Source: Balanoglossus misakiensis
Taxonomy: Eukaryota > Animalia > Hemichordata
DNA length: 64,000 nt
NCBI GenBank assembly: GCA_040954595.2
Contig: CM082597.2
Location: 3,378,014-3,442,013, forward strand
Direction: 5' to 3'
The notes under the pieces were generated by a model. That model had not been told where the DNA came from and did not search any database. It saw nothing but the letters and a program-made list of their open reading frames with translations. Positions 12,851-23,367 of this stretch are shown here, in pieces; the stretch's first letter is position 1; each line of letters begins with the position of its first letter. The position numbers and the translations under genes were made by a program.

Positions 12851-14844
12851 TTGTCACCTTGGTAGATTAGGGCGGGTTATTTCGTTACTCGAGTTGATGA
12901 ATATAAAAGTGGCAAAATATTAATGGAGCTAAACCGTTACGAAACCCGTATACTTACCGTGGTTAAGATCCCTTTAACGCTAAATTGAATACTTGCCAAC
13001 TGTACTTGAAAGACAAATATGCTTTTTACAGCACGAGCACTAAATAAATCAAGTTGTTTCATAGTATTAATTAATGTATGTCTCGTAAGATTGTATTTTT
13101 CTTTATATAATACTAAGTTGTTAGCGATCGCCTTCTTATGAGACAAAGTGGAAAACCCCGCGAGATTTTACGCTTGAGAAAAATCCCAACAAAACTACTT
13201 GCCCCCTTACGCTATAACTGACTGTATCTAGAGACTAAAGTATTTGAACAAAGCCGTTTATAAACACTCGATATGAGTTATTGTCGGCGACGGAGATTGA
13301 CCTCGACCCTTCACTTTTTACACAATGGAAAACTGTCCTGTTGATAACAATGGATAACCGCGTCGTCCTTTGACTTGTTGCGGTGTTTGAGGCAACGTTC
13401 GACTCTCCCCACATAACAGAAACGTTTTGTTAGAAATTCTTATATTTTTAAATCTTAAATCTGAATCTTAAAACCGTCTCCATTCTGCTGGACGCACTGT
13501 CGACTTTGTTTGCAAATACAATTATAGCACATGTAGGTACAAGTGTAATAACAAACGCTGTGAATCTTTTGTATAATTAGGCATACTTAAGAATTTTACA
13601 ACCACATGACCTGTTCAAAAATTAGACGGGCACGCTTGATTAAATTTTTACCTATTTGCTAATTAAATTTATATAGATTCCTGTCCTTCCAGCGTGTATA
13701 GCCAAAAACGCACCTAATCACATTTGAAACTGACCTCGATAATTTGTATACGTACGTTCTAAAATTAAATAATGTCTGAAATCGGGTAAATAGAATTCAA
13801 AGTTTTGGTGCACCAATTTGCTATCACAAAACAAGAAAAAAATATGTGATTGATGTCGATAACTTCAAGTCTTCATAGTTCAATCGCACTTCGAAGCCTC
13901 AAGTTAAGTCTGCCGACAATTACGAGTGACATTTCGTGCGTCTGTATAAAATGTTTCGTGCATACTGATGACATTTTGCCCAGTAGTTACCTCTAAGAAC
14001 GTGTAATTGTGAATTCAACTCACCTTGAAATGACCAAAATTTGTTTCCAGCGTCGCAGAACAGCCTTGAATGCGAGACATGCAGGTTACTTATGTCTAGA
14101 TACCGATTAGCTGTGTTGGTAGGGACCAGCGTCTGTCCACATGATTGTTGGCAGGCACCACTGTCGATCCATGCGAAGACAATAACCTTTTGTGTTTTTG
14201 TACATCACAATGGGGAGATGCCACCAACCAACAATCACTTCGCTTCCAATAGTGTCCTCAGAGTAGTGTATTTTCTTGCATTTAACTTCCCCACCAAGAA
14301 AACTTCCAGGTTGATCATGAACTTTGAGTTATTGTTTTATACCTTGGTACTTTCAACGTATACATTTACACTTCGATGCAGTTTCTTACATACACCAGAC
14401 TATTCAAATCAGTTCATCATTTTATAGACATTCACTCATACTGTGCTCATCACAGGGCCCAATTTTAATTTAGATGCACTGTCATTTATGACGCAGCAAT
14501 TATTTACAAATTTCTTCTTTTCTACATGGGTCCAGGATCCTTACATATGAATGTCACAGGTAGTGAGTATAGGGAAATTGCACACAGAAAAACACAAAAA
14601 CATAAACATATATCCTAAAAATGAGTTTTATTTACTAGTGTCATTATCAATGAAAATCGCCTTATATTTTCATACATACATTGTATATTATATATTGCTG
14701 CTTATGATTTTTGTTCTGTCAGTAAGAAAGGACAGTAGCAAAAATAGATAATTGATTACATTATTTTTACACATACAAACTTACTTGCATTTGTTAGATG
14801 TGTGTTCTCATGACAAAATTAATACTCCTATAATTCAAAATGGC

Positions 14845-17800
14845 CTAGGTCAGGCCAAAAAAATTTGTTGCATTTTCTGTTGTTGCCTTGGCAACTTCTT
14901 CTGGTTGAAGTTTCATGGAAAACGCAATGATGCGATTCAACACTCCCAATGAACAGGGCTCATTGCGATGTCCGTTGCAAAATTCTCTGAGGAGTCTCTG
15001 CATCTTGTCGAGTTCCTTCTTGGCGTCGTCTTTGTAGATGGCCTTTCCGCGCGGAGTGCCGGAGAACTTCCTGACGTCCGGGAATAAGAACGGCGCGTCC
15101 GTCTCTATCATGAGTTTGTCCAGGGGCAGCTCCTGTTCCATCAGGCACTTGAGGACACCATCCGTGGAATGGTCCTTGCACAGAAATCCTGAAAGATTGA
15201 CAACACATTAAAAACCATTCTGAAGCAAAGCACATCTAGGAAAACAGTCACAACTGAACAGATTTCTCAGGTCCCATCGCACATAAAACACTTTAAAGGT
15301 ACAAAGCCTCTCATTTTCATGAATTTTGTTTGATATGAAAAGTTGTTCCTGTTGTCTGACTACTTGAAACATGCTGAAATACTGGTGAACATTACTTAAC
15401 TTGTAGAAGAAAACGTTGAACATTCAAACTATGTTTCAGACAAAATTTTAAGCTGTCTGATATTATCAGCGTTGATAAAATGTCTGATGCAGTTACTTAC
15501 CAGTCAGACCAACATAGAATCCCAAATCTAAATACGCCTTGAGTTCCTTCACTGTGCCGGTAAAACAATGGATGACCACTTTGGGCAAATCATCTTTGTA
15601 TTTTTCCATGATTTTCGTCAGGGAATCGAACGCTTTCCGTTCATGGACAAACATTGGTTTCTTCAGCCGACATGCAAGTTGTATCTGGAATGGATATTTT
15701 CATAAAGAGGTAATAAATAACACCATCAAAAATAGTTATATATAAATATTCCTGCAGTTACAATGGAGTAGAGCAGGGAAATATATAAACAGCAACTTTA
15801 TGGTGTGTATGCATGATTTGCTTCTTTGCTGTCATTGCCTATTTAAATAAAATGAGTACATGTATTGATATGTTTCACATGTGAATGCGTATCTTCAATT
15901 TCAGATCATGCCTACTGTTCCTTATAAGACGATGCCTGATTGGTTGTTTTGGCCACAGTGTGAAATTTGAGAGTGACCTTCTGTGATTGGTGAGATAAAC
16001 TCTACAGGCTACAATAATAGCTGGCAAGGTTAAATATGTTGCCTATTACTACAGCTGATTTCAATCCGATCTGGAACAGGGATGCATCTTTTAACGAACT
16101 CACCTGCTTCTCAAACACTTGTTCTTGCGCATCGGGAGGAGAGAAATTCCGCTCGAAATCGAGACCAGTCTCGCCAACGGCAACACAGGCAGGGTCCTGC
16201 AGTAGCTTCTCCAGTTCGGCTTCTGAGTTGTCTTTCCAGTTCTTCGCGTCATGTGGATGGACACCTTGGAGAGCACAACAAAATGCATGTCATCGCTTTA
16301 CGTGTACTTCTCACGCAGGGTGTACACTCAACACAGTTATAACACAGCACGGGTCGATCCAAATCAATTGTTTCTAGGGTAGAGCTGGACCATTATACAG
16401 AGATAAATGGGGTGAAAGAGTTAAAATTAAGTGTATTCTTACCTGCAGTAAAATAGAAGTAGTCTTTATCTGAAGATGCCAGCTTCTGCGCTTCATGACT
16501 TGTTCTCAGCGATGTCCCAGTAATGATTACCTTTTTGACACCAAACATCTTGGCTCTCTGAAGGATGTTAAAATAAATATTTGATTAATCATTAAAATGT
16601 GAATTTTATACACCTCAAGTGAAGTTGGTTTTTATCTTTGACGCAAGTTCATTTTTGATGCAAAGGATTAATCATACGAGTTTACAAATGGCAAATAGTG
16701 TCTCTGAAATGTTTCTTGTTCTACCCAGTGTGAACAGGGTAATAGACGCACGTGTAGACTTTCCAACACAAACATGTTTCTTACACTGACAACCCCTTTT
16801 ATGTTATTCTTCAGGGACGGATGTGTCAGGTTAGCGCCGATATCCACAATTTCCGGCCAGTTGCTCTCCTCCAGTTGGTGTACGTGAGCTGGAACATAGC
16901 GTCCTCTATATGGCTGTGACTTATACGCTCCAGTTCCTCGGTCAGAAAATTTGTACTTGGTTTCTGCAGCATGGTGTCCTTCGCGGGCAACTTCAACCTT
17001 GAGCTTTCTCCCTTCTAAATCTCTAAAACAGAAGAAAAACGCTATTATTTACAGATGTAAGTATGTACATATGTGGCTGGCTTTGTTGGCAATATTTGGC
17101 ACAGAAAAAAGGTCTTGGTAATTTTAAACATATCCTACCACATTATTTACACGACTGCACCAATATCCCCCAACCCTTATTGTGTCATTAAAGAAAAGTT
17201 AGAATGCATCGAAATCCATATGGAATGAGTGTGTGATCCTGCCATACATAGTCTAGAATCCAGATTAGTTTTTGTGCTGTGCTTTTGCTAAACTTGGAGC
17301 ATTGTGAAAAATCTCACCGGATATTCCCGAGGTAAAATTATAAGACTTTCGAGATACATGAAGCATGTGTGGAGTGACCGTGCATGAACTCAACCGTACA
17401 ATACTTTGAGTATTATTCATCATATAATAAATCCACCTACGTCTGATTGTATTCCAGGATTTTCTCTTCCATGGCGACAGGTACATCGACAAAACCATAT
17501 CCCCTTGATCGTCCTGAGTTGTCCATAATCACTTGTACACTGGCGATTCCCGATGACCATTCTTGCTTGATTTGAAGATATTCCACCAGTTGATCTGTCC
17601 TTACTTTAAAAGGAAGATTTCCTATATTATACAAAGAGAAAAAAACATCGCATCAGCTCTCAGTGTAACCCTGCGTACAGGTCTCTGTGTTCCCGGCGTT
17701 ACACGGCCTCCACCACCGTGTAACGCCGGGAACACACAGACCTGTACGCAGAGCTACACTCTCAGTGGTAAACAAACACATGTACAGACGTACACAGCGA

Positions 17801-18058
17801 AATGTGTGTAACGGACTGTATGCTGGCCAGCCGATACGATAACTGAGGGCTAACTCGTTTTTCGTGAGTTAGTTAGTGAGTCAGTGAGTGGGAGAACGGG
17901 GGGACAAGGAAGCGAGAGCATATACATACACGATCCGGCAGTCTTGTCATTACAAATCGAGGTGAAGCGAGAATGAATTGAAAGTGACTAGTTTGAACAA
18001 CAATAATTTGTTTACCTACGAATATCCTTTTCATGTCAGTCGTTGACAATGATGACAT
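14845..18058 (-). CDS. RRM-domain / TatD-family nuclease fusion protein (421 aa, 7 coding exons)
   Basis: Exons (minus strand): 18058-18016, 17621-17441, 17022-16785, 16557-16443, 16264-16104, 15684-15501, 15188-14845. All introns are GT-AG with consistent phases; total 1266 nt, open. RRM: RNP2 KRIFVGNLPF, RNP1 RSRGYGFVDV, beta4 DLEGRKLKVEVAR. TatD: IVDIGANLTH, AGVHPHDAK, VAVGETGLDF, PMFVHER, VVIHCFTG, GFYVGLTGFLCK, LMIETDAPF, RNEPCSL. Confidence 0.92.
17664..17758. mobile_element. 95-bp hairpin MITE-like insertion in intron 1 of the RRM-TatD gene, flanked by a 7-bp duplication CTCTCAG
   Basis: Arms 17662-17706 and 17716-17760 are reverse complements (3 mismatches in 45 bp) with a 9-nt loop. 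CTCTCAG lies at 17657-17663 and 17759-17765. A related copy is at ~53853-53930. Confidence 0.8.
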
Positions 18059-18742
18059 TGCGAAAATATGTATATATATATATATATCTTCTGAAGTTAT
18101 AGATTATTTCTCCTGAAAAACAACCAGCTCAAGAGTCAGAATTTATCAGAAAGCATTCACCACTGTTGCGTTGAGCCATGAGTTTGCAATGTACATGTGG
18201 AAAGTGTCAGACTCTTGTGAAATCACGACCTTTGACCTGAGTCAGGTGACAAACTCCCATCATGCACTGTAAACGTCACATCCGCTTATCGGAATATTTT
18301 GAAATCGAGTTGTGCTGTGTTTGGTTTCATAGACGTCGTGTATTGCGGAGCTGATTTCTACAATTGGCAGATGCCCCAAGGAAAAGTCATTGGGGTTATT
18401 TGAGAGAGCGACTTTACCTGAGAGGGAAATCACTGCCCGATTGCGATTTTATTCGCTTGGCGAGGATTTTGCACACAGGATTCGGCACTCGTGTGCTGAG
18501 ACGAGACGCGATCGATTCTCCGTGTCGCTTATGGTAAAGCTTTCTGTGGTCGATGACATTTCTCAAGCTTGATCGGACACTGTCGGGTACTGTGCGTGTA
18601 ATTTGACATTGCTGGGAGCAAACACACTTGTAAGTTCTCTGGTTTATAATTCACAAAGGAACAATCGTTGGTATTTTTCGATCGGCCAGTTCAATTTATA
18701 GCGGACGATCTTGCCTTGTTGAGCTGAGAACTGTATTACAAG
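18059..18742. promoter_or_regulatory. Putative bidirectional promoter / 5'UTR region between RRM-TatD and IFT57
   Basis: The two ATGs diverge 684 bp apart, and the segment ~18270-18600 is CpG-rich. TSSs cannot be determined from sequence. Confidence 0.6.
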
Positions 18743-21700
18743 ATGTCCGATGAACAGCAACGACGTGGTGACGGGGGTAGTGGCGGTGCGGACGGTGGCC
18801 CGGGCATGATGTATATGCCCTTCGTAGTAATGGAAGATTTACTGGACAAGTTGAAGTTGTTGAATTACGAAGAGGACTTCCTTCGCGGCGTTGGCTTCAA
18901 GCCGTTGTCAAGGTAACGTGCGATACTTCCGGTCAAGATCTGACCATGTATGTTTCTTCGTTTTTTATGTATGTTTCCTCATGATTACCTCAATAATTTA
19001 TCATATAAACTTTATCCTATTTTTTTCTGCATTTTGCATTGTAGTCGTGTAATACTAGATCTGTTATTTTTGAGATATTTATTGTACATGTTAATTTATC
19101 ATTTTGACAGGCACTACTTTGCCATTCAAACCAACCCAGGAGAACAATTCTTCATGTTTACATCACTCTCTGCTTGGATGATCAATCTTACCGGCAAACA
19201 TTTCGACACTCCGCAAGAGGTGAGCAATCTACATTTGTATTCATTAAAATGGGTGCATTAGAACGCACCATTTGGGGGGGGGGGGGGTGACCGTGTATTA
19301 TATTGTGATCTCTGAAATACTATGATAGATAATTGATTTTATGTGGTGTTAGATGCTTAAATGCAGTTACTGCAGAATATCAGAAGCAAAACGAAAATGA
19401 TGATTTACCTCACAAAGTCTGCGAAAAAAGTTCATTTAATCATGATTTTCTGATGAGATCAAACATAACCTGTTTTCCTTGCCATTTCAGTATGACGACC
19501 CGAATGCCACCATATCCAGCATCTTGGATGAGCTGCGTCAGTTGGGGTCCACCGTGGATTTCCCGCCTGCCAAGCTGAAATCCGGATTCGGTGAGCACGT
19601 CATCTATGTGCTGGACAAGTTTGCTGACGAGGCCTTGAAACAGACCAACTTCACCTGGAATAGGTAAGTCAGGATTTCAGTGATGAGGAGCGACAAGTAG
19701 GAGAAGTTGATACAAGTACTTCACTTGTAGGGAAAATATAAGCATTGAACAAATGATGACCACTGACAACAAACTGAATTTTCAACCCAAATACAGACCA
19801 ACTTGATGCATACAATCATAATACAGAGAAGAAAAAAAAAATTGCCAATATTATAACCACTGCACAGGTAGACTACATGTAATACTGGTACATGAAAATA
19901 GCATTCATAAAGTAAGGCAAAACCTGTGTACACTACAACAGGTATGTTCAACTGAAAATAAGCACTGCAACTTTTCCTTTGATTTCTCACAGACCTGTTT
20001 ATCCGGAAGAAGAGATGGAGGAAGAATCCACCATGGATGACGATGCGGAATTGACTCTGGATAAAGTGGAAGAGGAAATGGGGGTAAGTTTATCCCGGAT
20101 GTTGTTATCCGAGAACATGGAATTGTGAGGGTGGGATCATGGAAGTTCAGATGGGTGGGTTGATGTTGGCATGATCCATGGCATTACATAACATACAATG
20201 TGTGTATTCATCTGTTCTTTGCATTTTAGAATGACTATGATGATATCGAAGAAGAAGAAAGTTTCCTTGATCTGGAAGGCTTGAAGAACTTAAAAAATAA
20301 ATCTGTAAGTAGAATTAAAAACAGAATTGCAATACTTTTAGTTTTGAAGTCAATTTGCTAGTGTGCATACACCATCCTCTATTGATCATATTGATAGCAG
20401 CGTGTGATACTAGTATGTTTAATGGTAATAACACTTACTTCTCTTCCCCCCCCCCCCCCCCCCTTCACAGGAGAGCAGTGAGCTGAGCAAACCCCAGGAA
20501 ATAATGGAATCAACCACGGACGCCATCGACTGGCGACTCGAAGTGGAGAGAGTCCTGCCCTCCCTAAAAGTGACCATCCGTACCGACAACAAAGACTGGC
20601 GAACTCACGTCGACCAGATGCACCAACACAGAGACGGCATTGAACAATCTCTGTCACAGACCAAGGTGTGTCTTGTGACCATCCACAGGGAAAAATAGAA
20701 CCTCACACACCTAAGGACCTGGGATCAGATTTCTCACATGAGTTTTTAATGACAAAATATCCTTGAAGAGTGTGAGAAATCCTATCCCAGGTCCTTGGTG
20801 TGTGAGATTCTATTTCTAAAATGACTATAAACATCTCAAATTCAGACTTGAAACATTGAATAAATGACTATGTAAGTGTCGTCTGCCAGATTGTAGTTTC
20901 TGTCCATGTATTACACAATAATTAGCACTCATTAGACTCAGCACTCGTGTCATATAACACTTTTTAGTCTACGAGAATGTGGGATAGGTTTTACATTGCC
21001 TGAGTCTCATACATTGTGCATAAACTATTCATAGTAAGATCTTGCTGTGTTGAGTTGCACGTACATGTACTGACAATGCATGGAATGCTGTGTCTTCCAG
21101 GGCCATCTGGATAAACTCCACCAGGAGATCTCCCGAACTCTGGAGAAGATCAACAGCCGGGAAAAGTACATCAACAACCAACTGGAGCATTTACTTGGGG
21201 AATTTAGACACATGCAGGATTCGCTGGCTGAAGTATGTACACGATTGCGACCATGTTGATGTGTTTATAATTAACCCCTCCACCACCATGGTTCAGTCAA
21301 AACCCATTGTTTTGTATGGTAAGGTTGGACCTCTACAAAGGAGACTGGGGGTGAAAGGGTTCAAGTTTCTTTCAGTTTTACTAATCTAGTGTTCAACTTT
21401 GCTTTCTAGGTAAAGGAGCAGTACAGGCAAGCTAGTGGTGGAGTCACCGAGCGAAGTCGTACACTGGCCGAGATTTCAGAAGATTTAGAAAAAGTCAAAC
21501 AGGAAATGGAAGAGAGGGGTTCTAGTATGACAGATGGAGGTAATGATAAAGTCTACTTATATGGCACACATGAAATATGGACAGAAGTAAAGACTGTTGA
21601 ATGCGTTGATCACAAAATTTGCCTACATTTGGATTGGACATAATGTTTGTCAGCACAAACTTATGCGCATGTGTATAAAATGATCACCGGGCTTTAAAGA

Positions 21701-21957
21701 CGGTCGATTACTGACAAAATCACAGTTCCCATCTGAGCCACATGTAGCCTGTTTGTAACTGTTTTTCGTTCATTATTACAGCTCCGTTAGTGAAAATCAA
21801 GCAAGCTTTGCAGCGACTGAAAACAGAGATCGTTCAGATGGATGTACGCATGGGCACAGTAGAACACAGTCTTCTCCAAGCCAGACTGAAAGATCGGAGT
21901 AACATGCAGCGAGATATGAACAAGCCACTCACATCAGATAGCTACGACTATGCATAA
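18743..21957 (+). CDS. IFT57: Intraflagellar transport protein 57 (IFT57/HIPPI), 416 aa, 9 coding exons
   Basis: Exons: 18743-18912, 19111-19219, 19491-19663, 19993-20083, 20230-20304, 20471-20665, 21101-21232, 21410-21539, 21782-21957. GT-AG introns, phases consistent, 1251 nt. Recognisable IFT57 peptides: FVVMEDLLDKLKLL, RHYFAIQTNPGEQF, PQEYDDPNATISSIL, DFPPAKLKSGFGEHV, WRLEVERVLPSLKVTIRTDNKDWRTH, EKINSREKYINNQLE, EERGSSMTDGAPLVKIKQAL. Confidence 0.97.
20693..20815. mobile_element. Foldback / MITE-like inverted repeat in IFT57 intron 6
   Basis: AAATAGAACCTCACACACCTAAGGACCTGGGATCAGATTTCTCACA (20693-20738) pairs with 20771-20815, ~45 bp with few mismatches. Confidence 0.75.
21271..21361. mobile_element. 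~90-bp TTAACCC...GGGTT MITE-like element in IFT57 intron 7; degenerate relative at ~16340-16424 in an RRM-TatD intron
   Basis: Starts TTAACCCCT and ends GTGAAAGGGTT (TTAA/CCC ends typical of piggyBac-type MITEs). The interior aligns by eye with 16345-16424 (...CCAAATCAATTGTTTCTAGGGTAGAGCTGGACC...GGGGTGAAAGAGTTAA). Confidence 0.55.
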
Positions 21958-22034
21958 TATTTTATACTTGCTACATAACTACAGGGGAAAAAATCTATGT
22001 ACATTTAATTATTTTGTTATTCTCATATTCCTAC

Positions 22035-22460
22035 TTAAAGGGGGAGTGATGTCTGAACTGCAACTTTTTCCCAATGTTCAGGGGAACCTTTCACATGTTA
22101 TATTAAAATAACTTGAAATGTGATAAAATGTAGCAATGCATTGATGTACAGTGTAATACAAAGTAACAACCACATTGTTTGCATTGATGTACATTGTAGC
22201 AGTTACACTACAATGTAATACAAAGTAACAACCACATTGTTTGCAATGATGTACACTGTAGCAGTTACACTACAGTGTAATACAAAGTAACAACCACATT
22301 GTTTGCAATGATGTACTTTGTAGCAGTTACACTACAGTGTAATACAATGTAACAACCACATTGTTTGCATTGATGTACATTGTAGCAGCTACACTACATT
22401 GTTATACAAAGTAACAACCACATTGTTTGCAGTGATGTACATTGTAGCAGTTACACTTTG
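22035..22460 (+). mobile_element. Non-autonomous element (TTAAAGGGG start) carrying a 62-bp minisatellite (~5 copies, 22140-22457), downstream of the IFT57 stop
   Basis: Unit CATTGTAGCAGTTACACTACAGTGTAATACAAAGTAACAACCACATTGTTTGCAATGATGTA; AAGTAACAAC recurs at 22161, 22223, 22285 and so on. The same leader and unit occur at 47711 and 60357. Confidence 0.75.
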
Positions 22461-22820
22461 CACCAACTTTTGAGTATCTATTACTTGTGTCCACATATGA
22501 GATATGACCCCCATCCTTTACTGGATATTGTCAATTGTTTACAGTTTGTGCAATTGGTCAAATTACTTGTACATTTTGCAAGATCATCCATGGAACCTTC
22601 TGTACATGTATATAAGAATATTGTTTAGGATTATTATGTTTGTGAATCATCACATTTTTGTATTTCCTATCTGTCATACGAATTTGTTTACAATACAAAT
22701 TAGTTCACCTTAGCTAAACCATGAACATGAGTAGTTGTTTATTTTTCGCACTGTCTTCAATGCTTGCTGTACTTTCCAAAATGACCCATTGATCCTTCTG
22801 TACATATTGCATTTTCCTAA

Positions 22821-22826
22821 AATAAA
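22821..22826 (+). terminator. Candidate polyadenylation signal of IFT57
   Basis: AATAAA followed by a GT-rich tract (GTTGTTGTCAATTGTGATCTGTTGTGG). Confidence 0.4.
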
Positions 22827-23367
22827 GTTGTTGTCAATTGTGATCTGTTGTGGATATACTTAGTAATTGAATGATCGGAGGTTTGGTTGTTACCAAGGCG
22901 TTCTTACACTCTTACACTGTTCAAAACACTATCTTGTTTTGCATGCAAACAAAAGTAAGACATGAAATATATATAAAACAGGTCACACTCTCACAGATGT
23001 CATATGGAATTTTTAAATCAAAATTCTGTTCACATGACCCTTGTAGACTTTCTATAAAAAAATGATTATCCTTAGAGAATAAATGAACAAATAAGTAGAT
23101 TTACTTTTCTTTGCGACTTGCTTTATGAATTGGTACGGTCAATATGGTGAATCTACGCCCATGGCATTTGAAAAAAAATGGCATATCTTATAAATAGGAA
23201 ACAAACCCTCTAACATAACAAGAATTAACAATATGGAACTCAGTCCATGAGTGGCAGGTAAAGTACGGCGATGGGTGACGTCATATGTGTTTACAATCTC
23301 GCGGTAATCTAGGTGACCATACTAGTACATTACACGTACATGGTTGGTTTCAAGTCTTTATGTGATC

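Noticed and set aside
18225-18244. DR1-like GACCTTTGACCT plus AP-1 TGAGTCA in the divergent promoter
   Set aside because: Short motifs, with a similar DR1 at ~51017. They cannot be supported as functional from sequence alone.
23344-23367. ORF-track start of the TRIM gene at 23344
   Set aside because: It is a TTG start. The first ATG with good context (ATCATGG) is at 23368.
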